This document shows, piece by piece, positions 1-13,044 of a DNA stretch of 64,000 nucleotides; position 1 is the first letter of the stretch, and each line of letters begins with the position of its first letter. The stretch comes from Octopus vulgaris (lineage: Eukaryota): contig OX597827.1 in the NCBI GenBank assembly GCA_951406725.2, positions 27,466,001 through 27,530,000 on the forward strand, given 5' to 3'. The translations under genes and the position numbers were made by a program. The notes beneath the pieces are model-generated. The model made no database searches and was not told the DNA's origin. It worked only from the letters and a program-made list of their open reading frames with translations.

Positions 1-179
1 CTTTGTAACTCGGAACTCTTTCATATTCTGTTCGCCCGAGGGCACCTTGTTAACTCGATTGTGCAAAATTCTTTCAGATGCCCACACTGGAAACGGCATA
101 CATTTCTCTCATACCAATGAAGTCTAATATAGTTAACCCCTTGATTTCCTAAGAAAATGAAAAAAATTTGAATTAAATT

Positions 180-847
180 TGTAAGGGGATATCACTCCCC
201 TGTTAGTGTAAGAACTGCTAGTTGTCTAAAACTGCTGACATTCCTGTCAGCAGCACTGTATCCTGCCATGACCATTGTTGACACCCCCCTCTCTCTATCA
301 ACTGGTTACAGACGAACACACAGACAGTCTTTTCTGTTGCTTGACCATTAATACCAACTATATCTCTCTCCCTTGCTGCCTTCTAAACACACTGCCCCAC
401 ATACATAGACGCACACACACATACATGAAAGCAATTTCTCACACTCAAACACTCTAGCACTCATTCTTAAAACAATTCAAATATTAACACCAGTCATACA
501 GAATACATTCACACTCTTTGATTTTGCTGTACTCCCCTTCTGTTAACCGGATTTTGACCTTGAATTATCTTAACGGACTTTCTCGTCGGCTTTCACCCAG
601 CCTGGCGTCAACGCATATTGATAGACAGTTTGTGCCATTTATTCCATGGGCTCCTCGTGAGCGTTTGTCGAAAAGCTTGCTGTGCATTTTGTTGGAGAAT
701 TAAGTTCCTGGATTTTCCTGAAGAGAAGGCTGCAAAATGGACTCCTTATTCAATCCGAATTAGAGACTTTGCAGCCTTTGAAACATATGTAGAAAATAAT
801 AAAAAGGAATTTTGTTAAATCTTCGTTCAGCTCCATTTCTTCCTACA
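180..847 (+). mobile_element. Possible solo LTR
   Basis: Begins TGTAAG and ends CCTACA (imperfect TG...CA inverted termini), with AATAAA about 50 bp before the end. No clear TSD or PBS seen. Confidence 0.25.
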
Positions 848-1001
848 CTAAATATATAAAACTTCAAATTTCCGCACTAAGGCACGGATTTTAGGTCTCA
901 TGGTCGTAACCTCAACCGTGCTTTTTCTGTTGTGATTTTTGCTACCCAGGTGTCGGTTATCATTTGAATAATCCGTAATAAGATAATTCATTTATCTACT
1001 T

Positions 1002-1062
<61 letters not shown>

Positions 1063-1063
<1 letters not shown>

Positions 1064-1185
1064 TTTATTTAAAGCAGCAGAAAATTCAACAAAACCTGTT
1101 ACTCTGAGAAAAAACTGTCCGACGAACAGAAACGTGAAACTCAGAGTAACAGGTTTTGTTGAATTTTCTGCTGCTTTAAATAAAG
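1063..1185. repeat. Fold-back inverted repeat (Penelope-like pLTR relic)
   Basis: Perfect 46-bp arms at 1063-1108 and 1140-1185, 31-bp spacer, directly after (TA)n. The spacer and right arm contain a hammerhead motif. Confidence 0.85.
1115..1152 (+). ncRNA. Minimal type I hammerhead ribozyme motif (CCGACGA core variant)
   Basis: ctgt-CCGACGA-acagaaacgt-GAAA-ctcagag-TA-acag. Stem I ctgt/acag, short stem II, near-palindromic stem III. Confidence 0.6.
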
Positions 1186-1360
1186 CATATTACTCTACCA
1201 CTGGTATTTGAGTACTCTTTTTCCACCTTGTTTCACATTTATGTGTTTACTCCGGTATATATATACATATACATATACATATACACATACAAATACATAT
1301 ATAAGCACAGGTACATACATATATATATACATACATATATGCATACATACATACACACAC

Positions 1361-1518
<158 letters not shown>

Positions 1519-2064
1519 TGAGTGTATTTTCCCCTTGTTAACGGAAATATATACAATTAGTTACACCATTTTATTCCTTTGGAATAATATCAGTGATATC
1601 TTCGAAACATGTGTCGGAAGTAAAAGAATTTGAATAACATCTGCGTTTAACTCCATTTATATATATATATAATTGAAGTTGCAGAAATGACGTACACGGA
1701 ATGAATAATGTGACGTAATCCAATGGTAGAAATAGATCCATGAATCGGGTGCTCTTCCGAAACAAGAAAAACTGGAGAGTCCAAGATGAAGGAGGCAAAA
1801 AAGTTGCCAACAATCACGTGTGGTTTACATTTTTGAAATGACTGGAAGTCAGTGCTTTCTGGGATAAGATGTACACACGCGTATCAACGAATTTAGAAGT
1901 CCAAAAGAGCCTTGAACGTGGGTAGTGTCCGTCTCGAATTCTCCGAAAGAAAAAAAAACATGGAAAAGAAATCCAAAAGAAATCGCTTACGTAGATATGT
2001 GTTTACCAAAGCTATATACACGCAAGCATACATGCATGCATGTATACATACATACATACATACA

Positions 2065-2616
2065 TGGTGGCTGCCCCCTCGTTATCGAGTATGGCCATTG
2101 CACGAAGCTTAATCAATGTTCGTTATCGTGCAATGCCTGTGCAAGAAGATATTTTTTAAAGTGAGGAAAGGCTGTGCACTGAGTCAATCCCTCTCACTAA
2201 GCAACAGCCGCCATAATCCTAAAAGAACAAGTCAACATCATCGGTAACCACTGAGCCACAGGTTTTATGTCGGAGTTATCCCAGTTACCTGAGTTACCTT
2301 CTCCTAGAAGGATGCCCTAACAAATGCTAGGAGTGCTTCACTCCCAATGGTTTAACCGCGCGATCGGGTATTTAGTCCGATTATTTCTATGTCCCCGCGC
2401 ATGATACAGCCTTAAGACATTTATTGGATGGCGGTTGACTCCCAAGAGTTCCTCCGCTCTTTGACGGGTTTTGTTTTTCATCCCGCAGGGTGTCCAATAA
2501 ACACCCTCTTCACCAAGCAAGCTTGGTGGGTATGCCGGTTTAGTCGCCGACGACCCGACCATGCAACAGGTTGTACTGGGTTACATGTTACCAGTAGCAC
2601 TCGAAAGTGACCTGAC
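2065..2616 (-). mobile_element. Non-coding, probably RTE-derived non-autonomous retroelement with (TGTA)n tail
   Basis: Flanked on both sides by (CATA)n. The minus strand has an RTE-5'UTR-like motif (ctaggagaaggtaactc) and ends in a small hairpin (ctcgataacgag) before the tail. Second copy at 5887-6289. Confidence 0.6.
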
Positions 2617-2685
2617 ATACACATACATACATACATACATACATACATACATACATACATACATGCATACATGCATACATACAAA

Positions 2686-2803
2686 CGGAATACGGCACTT
2701 TGGTCTAAAACACTTTGGTTTAGACCACTTGAGTCTAAAACTCTGGTCTAAAAGCATTTTCGTCTAAAAACAAAATGGATTATTAGAATATAGGTATTTA
2801 GAT

Positions 2804-2892
<89 letters not shown>

Positions 2893-4054
2893 GGAGCGAT
2901 CTCTAGATTAATCAGCCGAAATTGCGAGGATGATCCGGTTCTTGACTGAAAATTAGAGGCTTCGAATGACCCGTCCGTTTTTTGTGTCGTCTCTTTGAGT
3001 GTTTTGCGTTCTTGTCCCATTTTGTATTTTTATATATATTTTTATACATATATTATTGCGGCGTAACGTTCTTCTTGTTCTCTAATGTATGTAAGCATTC
3101 CACTATTGTACGACTTCTACACACACTTTCTCTATACGTTACTAGTCTCTGTCTTTCTCTTTTCTTGCCTCTGATTCTTTGGTCTCCTCTTCCCCCACTC
3201 TCTCACATTTCTCTGTCTTTCTCACTTTGCACCTCACTGATTCTGTCGCCAAGCCAATCCTTGGCACGGTCTCTTTCTTCTCCCCTCTTTTATTCCTTCT
3301 TTCTCTCTCTTCTGCCCCCCCCTTTGGTGCCTTTGTCCTTCTTTTTCTCTCTTTCTTTGATTTCTTTGCCCCCTTATTTTCTCTCTCTTCTCCTCTCACG
3401 TGACCGCCGGTCAACTAGCCTTTCGGCTTCTGAGCACCGCCACGACAACATCGTTTTCTTCGTCTGCCGCAAAGGCATTTTTTGTCCTAATACGCCAGCT
3501 AAGCTAAGTTGAACTGTCTAAAGTCGTAAGACACCCGCTGTTTTTGTCCTGTCATTACTATTATTGTTTTTTGTATTTATATTCGTGTGGCATCGTCCGT
3601 TTTTCTGTCCTTGTTTCGTAAACATTCGATCCTTTTTCCAAGAAATCTAATGCTCGTAGCTTAGTTTTTCCTTGGGGCTGGCCGGATCGGAGCGATCGCA
3701 AGATTAATCAGCCGAAATTGCGAGGATGATCCGGTTCTTGACTGAAGATTAGAGGCTTCTAATGACCCGTCCGCCTTTTGTGTCGTCTCTTTGAGTGTTT
3801 TACGTTCTTGTCCCATTTTGTATTTTTATATATATTTTTTAGACATATATATATATATATATTTAGATTCTACAGACAAATTAGTTATTAGACCAAAATT
3901 AGTTTAGACAAAAATTTCTTTATACTGAAGGGCATTTACGCAAAAATGTCTTTAGATTATAGTGTATTTATACAAAAGTCACTTTAGACCAAAGTTCTTT
4001 CGACCATAGGGCATTAGACCGAATTATTTCAGACGAAAATACCTAGCTAGATTC
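2686..4054. mobile_element. Foldback-like DNA transposon relic with arms built of about 15-bp subrepeats
   Basis: Left arm units cactttggtctaaaa / cactttggtttagac / cacttgagtctaaaa (2696-2770). Right arm (about 3885-4045) has reverse-complement units tttagaccaaagttc / attagaccgaattat / ttcagacgaaaatac. Confidence 0.55.
2893..3850 (+). mobile_element. Non-coding element bounded by about 160-bp direct repeats (Penelope pLTR or LTR-like)
   Basis: 2893-3052 is repeated at 3689-3850 with few differences, with (TA)n on both sides. A related fragment lies on the opposite strand at 14050-14163. Confidence 0.6.
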
Positions 4055-4069
4055 ATATAAACATACATA

Positions 4070-4300
4070 TTATTACTGGCACAACAGGATACATGCCAAC
4101 CCGACTAGAACAAAGTATGACTGAATTGGGGTTCAGCAAATCTTTAATTCACATACTACAAGGGATCGTAATATCTGCGACCATATAAATCTGCAAGGCT
4201 TTACGATTTAAAGGATGATCAATAAAAAGAGAGACTTCCCTTTACAACCTTACTACCAAGTAAGTGGACAGTCAAAATTTATTCTAACACCAAGGGAAAG
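4070..4300 (+). pseudogene. Extreme 3' fragment of an RLE-type non-LTR retrotransposon
   Basis: Translates ITGTTGYMPTRLEQSMTELGFSKSLIHILQGIVISATI*ICKAL, resembling the C-terminus that follows the RLE domain. Confidence 0.4.
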
Positions 4301-4640
4301 AGAATATACATACACATAGGCATACATACGTACATACATACGTACGTGCATACACACATACATACATACGTATGTACATACTCACATACATACATGCATG
4401 CATACACATATACATGCATACATACATTCATACACGCACACAAACACACTTATGTATATATATATGTATGTATGTATATATACGTATATACATACGTGTC
4501 TGTAAGGATCTTTGATTTTATTTTCTTAGAGAGCATTAGGAAATTCACAGCGTAAGAAAAGTTAAGCGAAACTAAATGTCACATTCATTTCCACCAGGTA
4601 CTTGCGTTCAACTCTCTGACGATCGGCCTTGAAGATCTGT

Positions 4641-4848
<208 letters not shown>

Positions 4849-5886
4849 ATGTAGCTAGCTATTAATGGATTGATCTTCATGCAGCGATTTGACGGCCGGT
4901 ACTGATCTCTTCCTGGTAGCTTGACCTGTTTTAAAATAGCAGCAAAATCTCGTCATTTAAATAACGATAGGGATTCCTGCAATACACAGTACCAAAAATA
5001 TATTTTTGATTAAAATAAAATATAGGAAGACGAAATGGCCACGATCGGAAAGCCGTCAAGGAAGTCTACAACTAAACTGCATTGCCACAACAAAAGTAAA
5101 AACAAAAATCTCACAACAAAACCCCGACAAGTGGTACAAAACGTGCTAGATAAGGGATATTGAAAATAGGTAAATATAATGAGGGTGTCTGCATTGAACA
5201 GCGTAGAATATCAGAACAAACTTCACAGCGGAAGTTCATAGATTTGTAAAGAGGTGGTAGGTAGGTGTTTGCGCAAATAAACCGGAAACATTTAGCGGAT
5301 GTTCAGGCGAGCACAACCTGCTTAACAACAACCTCCCTCTTCTGTAAAATACTCCACAGACCTCTTTCCGCCTTTTCCGTTTGAATTAAGCAACAGAATC
5401 GGATATTCAAGCTGTTGTTACCCTAACCGCTGCGGCATATTTGACCCCTTGTTTTGCTCCAGATCGTACTTTGTGTCTTACACACACAGCCACACACACA
5501 CAAATGCACACACATATTCATGTACGTGTGTGTGTATAGAATAATAGATATATATATGTATTTGTATATGTATATTGTGTATGTGTGTGTATGCACACAC
5601 ACACATATATATATACGTATATATATTTACGTATATGCACGTATATTTGTACGTATGAAATTTATAATACAAGAAAATGGAAAGAGCAGGCTTTAACCCA
5701 AAACACTACAATTGTTTATATATATTGTTATATACATATTATATAAATATGACCCAAAAATAGCCGTGTACTCGCACGCCATAAGGTGAGTTGCTGTGAG
5801 AGTACTGATATATACATACACACATACAAACATACATACATACATACATACATACATAAATACATACATACGTAGATACATATATA

Positions 5887-6289
5887 TGGTGGTTGCCCTC
5901 TCGTTATCGAGTATGGCCATTGCACGAAGCTTAATCAATGTTGTTATCGTGCAATGCCTGTGCAAGAAGATTTTTTTTAAGTGAGGAAAGGCTGTGCACT
6001 GAGTCAATCCCACTCACTAAGAAACAGCAGCCATAATCCGAAAAGAAGAACAAGTCAACATCATCGGTAACCACTGAGCTGCAGGTTTTACGTTGGAGCT
6101 ATCCCAGTTACCTGAGTTACCCTCTCCTAGAAGGATGCCCTAACAAATGCTAGGAGTCCTTCACTCCCAATGGTTTAACCGCGCGATCGGGTATTCAGTC
6201 CGATTATTTCTATGTCCCCGCGCATGATACAGCCTTAAGACATTTATTGGATGGCCGCTGACTCTCAAGAGTTCCTCCGCTCTTTGACG
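5887..6289 (-). mobile_element. 5'-truncated second copy of the 2065-2616 element
   Basis: Highly similar to 2065-2466, same terminus adjoining (CATA)n/(TA)n. Confidence 0.8.
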
Positions 6290-6350
6290 ATAAGTACGAT
6301 ATGGTCAAAAATAAACACCGCAGTGAATATAGTGACGAATTATATAAATT

Positions 6351-6971
6351 TATAAATAAGGATAATATCGATATTTAAATATCGATATTATCAAGTGACC
6401 AGCATGGGAAAAATACCATAGAAAGGTAATAATTTTTTTACAACTAAAAATAAGGGTGTCTGAGAGACACCACCATGCCGAAATAGTAGTCAAACCCTGA
6501 CTCTAAGAACCACGTTAAATGTTCATAACGCACTATGAGATAAGACAGAGGGACAAAATAGACTAGCAAAAAGATATTACTGAATAATTCAAGATCCTGG
6601 ATTTCTATGTATGCATGGACGTTCGTATATGTAAGTATAACGTTTGTTCTGCATATATTTATTTGTATTTATGTGTCTATCTGATTTATTCAACTGATGA
6701 GGCAAAGCTTTTTCAAAGCAAAGCTAGAAATTCAGGATCTTGAATTATTCAGTAATATTTTTTGCTAGTCTATTTTGTCCCTCTGCCTTATCTCATGGTG
6801 CGATATGAACATTTAACGTGGTTCTTAGACTCAGGGATTTGACTGCTATTTCGGCATGGTGGTGTCTCTCAGACATCCTTATTTTTAGTTGTAAAAAATT
6901 ATTACCTTTGTATGATATTTTTCCCATGCTGGCCACTTGATAATATCGATATTTAAATATCGATATTATCC

Positions 6972-6980
<9 letters not shown>
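6351..6980. repeat. Large fold-back inverted repeat (about 255-bp arms), Penelope-like
   Basis: 6351-6607 is the reverse complement of 6725-6980 with scattered mismatches. Each arm contains the perfect 32-bp palindrome gataatatcgatatttaaatatcgatattatc. Ends in (TA)n. Confidence 0.9.
6691..6750 (+). ncRNA. Type I hammerhead ribozyme motif
   Basis: CTGATGA (6694-6700), stem II ggc..gcttt-ttc-aaagc..gct, GAAA (6727-6730), near-palindromic stem III ttcaggatcttgaa, then TT/TA. Stem I is weak. Confidence 0.5.
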
Positions 6981-7004
<24 letters not shown>

Positions 7005-7179
7005 CCAGGAAAGTTAAAGGTTGTGAATCCAACCAACTAAGGGATAATATTTATCCAATATACTGCTGCTAGAATACCCAATTATTAATGCACAAATGTT
7101 TTTATTGCATTGCAATTGCATTACCGAGTGTACTAAATGGGTGAAGGTAAAGAGATATTTTACCATTAATTTATAGAGC

Positions 7180-7595
7180 AATAACAAAATGGAGGGGATC
7201 AATAGGTGGTTCATCAACATTTAGACATTATATTATGTTAACTCATTTATTTATTTACTTATATGGCAATTACAAGACTATACATACATGTATAACATAT
7301 TATGCTTTACACATAAGATATATTAATATAGTCTACTGGAGGAATAAAAGTAGAAAAGGTATTTTTGTCTCTAAGCTGAAACAGCTGTAAGATATTTTCC
7401 AATTTATATTCCTGTATGTTATATTTTAACAATTACAGGTATCCTTATATATTAATATATTTTATATGTAAAGCATATGTTATACATGTATGTATATTCT
7501 TGTAATTGTCAGTTTAGTAAATAAATAAATAAGTTGACATAATATAATGTCTAAAAGTTGATGAACCACCTATTGATACCCTCCATTTTCTTATT
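7180..7595. repeat. Fold-back inverted repeat (about 150-bp arms) with decayed hammerhead in the spacer
   Basis: 7180-7330 is the reverse complement of 7448-7595. The spacer contains ctggagga...GAAAcagctgTA. Confidence 0.8.
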
Positions 7596-7807
7596 ACTCT
7601 CTCTCTCTCTCTTTATGTATATATACATGAGTGCGTGTGTGAGTGTATATTTTATTTGTGTAGAAATCATAGAGTAACTTAACGGAATTTAACCTAGAAG
7701 AGATTCTCACCTCTTTCAAGATAAATTCATCACAGACAATGCATGTGTGTGCTTATGAATATATACATAAAAATGTGTGATTACGTTTACGTTTACATGT
7801 GTGTATG

Positions 7808-7886
<79 letters not shown>

Positions 7887-9449
7887 ATAAAAGTGTATAG
7901 TACACACACATATTTATGAGGTCTTTATTAGGAGCTTTCCCTCACTTACACATGCAATTTCTTCTTCTCCCTTTCTTTCTTAAACCACTCTCGTCTGCTC
8001 TTTTGATAACCTCATTCGCTACATTTACGTTCCATCCCACTTGGTCACTCTCGCATCAGCTTATTAATTTATTGAATAAAAAGCTGTTTTGTTCCTTATT
8101 TTCACATTGTTCTAAATTGTCGCTGCTATCTTATTTCACACACACACACGCATACACACACACACACAAGGACCCTCACACGGTACATATATGTATGTAT
8201 GTACGCATGTATGAATGTGTGAGTGTGTGTGTATGTATGTACGTACGAAAACTTTTTCCCAAAAGGTTCGTCAAATTCTGATATTCTATACCAAAGAAAA
8301 TTTTTAAATAGTTATTAACTTTTAAGTAAATCTTTCTTAAGTTATCTTGGCTATATCAACTTTCGCAAAAACTTTTAAGCATATGTATATACATACACAC
8401 AAACACACACACACGCACACACATACACACACATACACATACACATACACATATATTGTATTATAATATATAAGTACGTATACATATGCAAACACATCTA
8501 CACGTGTACACACAAACACACACGCACACAGCTTACATGTAAACATATACGCCCTTACGCATTCCAGACCACATTACACACACCATCGCGTACGTGTATC
8601 TATGTGCAAGCTACCCTACTCATTACTTAATTGAAATTACAGCCTAATGAGAAAAAAGTCAATAACGCTAAGGAAAATGTATTCTCACAAGGGGCAAAGG
8701 ATAGAAGTTGCCGTATGTTAGTAACACCAGGATATATGTTGAGCGGGGAGCAGAACGACAGCACCTGAACTGATAGGAATACATACATATATACAAACGT
8801 ATATTCACTCATATATGAATGGCTAGATGCGTGTATACGTGAGACTGAATACTTGCCATTAGCGCTAATTAAATTAATGTTTCATTAAATACTAATTATA
8901 TTCCACTTCCTCCATTTAGTTCACCTTCCTCTGCCTTAATTCTTACTTTGAATCTCTCTCTCACCGCTACCCACCTCTATTACAGACGCACATTAATGGA
9001 GTCACAGAAACTTGTTCTCAAAAATTACTACACAGAAGTTTTTCTCACCCTTTTCCCCGTCACTTTCTGACTGTAAATCTGTCTGTCGCACTGTCTCTCT
9101 TTCTCTGTCTCTGTTTGTCTGTCTGTTTGTCTCTCACTCACTCACTCCGTACATGTATGTATGTATGTATGTATGTATGTATGTATGTATGTATGTATGT
9201 ATGTATGTATGTATGTATGTATGTATGTATGTATGTACATATGTGGTTTCAGGGAATCATGGGGTTATCACAGTAAGCTCCTCATACGGAATCGGCTGTC
9301 AGTCTATATATGAGGTGTATCCGCGAATTTCCGGTGGTCTGTTGAGCTAGTTTCCTTTCCTTTTTCTTTTTTGTATTTTATCTATGAATAAAGTTGAATA
9401 ATATAATGCAGAGCTTTATTGACGCAAATATATATATATATATTATTGA

Positions 9450-9498
<49 letters not shown>

Positions 9499-9502
9499 TA
9501 TA

Positions 9503-9567
<65 letters not shown>

Positions 9568-9814
9568 TGCGAAAATTCATTCTGAACGAAGAATGCTACG
9601 AAACAGCTGTAAACATGTTGAACTCATACTGAAAAATAAATCCATCATCACCTCTCACATGTCATTATGATTTCTCAGTCATTAAGATAGTGCTTTGTAC
9701 CATTTGAGTGGTTTTGACTCTTATTTCTAGCAATACTGGTTTTAATCAATAACGTTTGTCACTTTAATGACTGCAATTAATGTCATTAAGTTGTTGAATT
9801 GCTAATAATCCACC

Positions 9815-9855
<41 letters not shown>

Positions 9856-9889
9856 TATATATATATATATATACATACAGAGATACAAA

Positions 9890-10200
9890 ATATAGATGTT
9901 CAATCTCATGCGAACGTCTCGTGTATAGTTCTGCAAATTATAGTCACACCGACGAGTCTGCGGATGATTACGTAAATGATTACGTAAACATTAACAACGA
10001 AATCTGGTTTGTGATTAATCTATATTTTGTATCTTTTCATTTGTCTTGCTCGCTTACGTTCTGGTGTTTGCTAAATTTTCTTGAGAACATTCCTTTCTTA
10101 GTGGTTAGACCATAGCGGGTCTTCTTTTAGCATAATGGATGTCCGCTTACAGGTCATCCATTTTATATGTATGTAATATAATTTTTCTGAAACTTCAGAG
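9890..10200 (+). mobile_element. Penelope-like pLTR fragment carrying a hammerhead motif
   Basis: Diverged reverse-complement homolog of 53945-54270. Contains gtcaca-CCGACGA...GAAA-tctgg-TT-tgtgat at 9943-10015. Lies between (TA)n tracts. Confidence 0.65.
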
Positions 10201-10292
10201 TTTTAAATATGCGAGACCACTGGATTTAAATTGATATTAATCAAATTAATATTCAATTTTTAACCATTATTATTTTATATATATATATGTGT

Positions 10293-10350
<58 letters not shown>

Positions 10351-10716
10351 TCATTTATATGTATGTATATATTTGTATACACTTATAATATTTACCTCGA
10401 AGAAGAATCATTTTAGCCATCTGTTTCATTTATATTTTGTTTACTTCTTAATGATGCAATATATTATGAAGTGCTAAAAGGTTTCGTAGCATACATACAG
10501 CTTGGTTACTGATGCATTTCCTTTGCATCGAATTGTAGAAGAACTTTGCATGCTGGGAAATATGGAATAATCTGTCAATTAAAATTTCGTATTTGTACCG
10601 AATAAACAAAAATTAATAGTATATATTTGTCGTCTGTTTGTGTATGTCTTTGTCCTCACTCCTACGCAAACCACATACATACATCTAAGAAGAAAAAGAG
10701 AGAGAGGGAGTAGGAA

Positions 10717-10753
<37 letters not shown>

Positions 10754-11021
10754 GGGAAAGTGAAAGATTGCTCAGCCGTCTAATTTTCTTTTGCATAAAT
10801 AATGCTGCGTTGACGATTTATTCAAATTAATTTCTTTATTAATTAATTATGCGTTGAAAAGCACTCGTACTCTAGTATGTCTATAGTGTGACGTAAGACA
10901 AACCATTTTGTGATAAATCCATACATTTGTGTATATATGTATGCATATACTATATGTTTGTGTACATATAGCTGTATATACATATGCGTCTGTATGTGTA
11001 TATATACCTATATATAAATAC

Positions 11022-11095
<74 letters not shown>

Positions 11096-11415
11096 GTGTG
11101 TGTGTGTGTGTATTTATATATTTATATACATACATTAATAAATATATACGTAATGTATACGAAAAATCTTTCTCTCTCTCCCTCTCTCCCTCTCTCCCTT
11201 TATGCATCCAGAGATACATATATATGTATCTCCTTCTCTCTCTTTATATATGTGTGTGTGTGTGTATGTGTGTGTAAAGTGCAACGCGTCACCAAAGATC
11301 GGGCCCAGCAGTGGGTTTCATATTCCATTGCAGAGTAATACGATGCGGGGTCAAGCTCAGAAGAGGCTGATGTGCGGAATAGGAGCCGAATAATAATAAT
11401 AACAATGAGGATAAT

Positions 11416-11700
11416 GAAGAAGAAGAAGAAGAAGAAGAAGAAGAAGAAGAAGAAGAAGAAGAAGAAGAAGAAGAAGAAGATAAAGAAGAAGAAGACGAAG
11501 AAAAAGAAGAAGAAGAAGAAGATAAACCAGAAGAAGAAGAAGAAAAAGAAGAAGAAGAAGAAGAAGAAGAAGAAGAAAAATAAGGAAGAAGAAGAAGAAG
11601 AAAAATAAGGAAGAAGAAGGAGGAGGAGGAGAGAAAAAGAAAAAAGAAGAAGATGAGGAGGAGGAGAAGGAGAAGAAGATGGAGGAGGAGGAAGGAAAAA
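11416..11700. repeat. (GAA)n / (GGA)n polypurine microsatellite
   Basis: Directly visible. Confidence 0.95.
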
Positions 11701-12247
11701 AGGAAACAAATGTGGTATTCAATTATTATAGGACCTACAGGCGTTACGTAAAGATGAAGAAATAATTATAGAATAGCAGCATTACTAATGTAGCAACATT
11801 ACTAATATTACACCGCACTGCATCAATGTCCTGCAATAAATACCGTATTTAATGTCAGCTCTTTAGATTTTCAGACTTAGCACTGTAAATTACAACGTAT
11901 CGTGCGTAGATACGCTCATAGAAGCAATGTGATCGAAGACAGGAAAATAGATATTGGGTACATGCATATTTCAAGGATTATTGTCCTTCCATCAGTACCT
12001 CGTCTAATCGATTAACTATCTACTAACACATTGCTTAAATACCCACTAGATCTAGGAGTGTAGCATAACCGGAGAAATTAATTTGCATATCAAATACATT
12101 CCTGGCAACAGCTAGAAGAGTTCATTGCTAGCAAAGCAAAGCAGTATTTGATTTTGTTACTATGATGCACTGCTAAGTATACTATAGGTTTATGAAGCAT
12201 ACTATAGCATACTATAGGTTTATGAAGTGAATATTGTGTCCTACTAA

Positions 12248-12780
12248 GGCGGCAAGCTAGCAGAAACGTTAGCACGCCGGGCGAAATGCTTAGCGGTATT
12301 TTGTTTGCCGTTACGTTCTGAGTTCAAATTCCGCCGAGGTCTACTTTGCCTTTCATCCTTTCGGGGTCGATTAAATAAGTACCAGTTACGCACTGGGGTC
12401 GATATAATGGACTTAATCCGTTTGTCTGTACTTGTTTGCCCTCTCTGTGTTTAACCCCTTGTGGGTAGTAAAGGAATAGGTATTTCGTCTGCTGCTACGT
12501 TCTGAGTTCAAATTCCGCCGAGGCCGACTTTGCCTTTCATCCCTTCGGGGTCGATTAAATAAGTACCAGTTACGCACTGGGGTCGATATAATGGACTTAA
12601 TCCGTTTGTCTGTACTTGTTTGCTCTCTCTGTGTTTAGCCCCTTTGTAGGTAGTAAAGAAATAGGTATTTTGTCTGTCTCTACGTTCTGAGTTCAAATTC
12701 CGCTGAGGTCGACTTTGCCTTTCATCCTTTCGGGTTCGATCTAATCAACTGGCCCCTTCCCACAAAATTTCGAGCCTCGC
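12248..12780 (+). mobile_element. tRNA-derived SINE (family 2) with internal about 184-bp tandem triplication
   Basis: Head ggcggcaagctagcagaaacgttagcacgccgggcgaaatg, then the unit gtattt...gagttcaaattccgccgagg...aatagg repeated about 2.6 times, each with a B-box-like GAGTTCAAATTCC. Confidence 0.85.
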
Positions 12781-12944
12781 AGAAATGACTGGTGATTTTA
12801 GTTTACGCAATATAATTATTGCGAATAGATTGCTCTCATGTGGAAACATATGTAACATATTTCAAATTGTCATTATCCATTCATCTTAATTTATATATTC
12901 ATATTTACATCTATTTATCTATTCAATTACACACACATACACAA

Positions 12945-12982
<38 letters not shown>

Positions 12983-13044
12983 AAACACGCACACACATAC
13001 ACACACACACGCGCTTCTATATATTCTTTTATTCTTATATATTT

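Noticed and set aside
1574-1620. Hammerhead-like ttcc...GAAAcatgtgTC-ggaa
   Set aside because: The core box is unrecognisable, so it is too decayed to call.
2530-2616. Possible HDV-like ribozyme at the 5' end of the RTE-derived element (minus strand gg-gtcg tcgg cga-ctaa-accgg)
   Set aside because: P2 and P4-like pairings exist, but P1 is weak and the P3/L3 region does not fit. It needs a descriptor search on the family consensus.
5200-5460. Unique, more GC-rich stretch with CGGAAG/CCGGAA motifs, a possible promoter
   Set aside because: Short motifs only, with no linked exon or transcript evidence.
12296-12780. Regularly spaced repeats that might suggest a CRISPR array
   Set aside because: The units are whole about 184-bp SINE segments with no unique spacers, there are no cas genes, and the context is eukaryotic.
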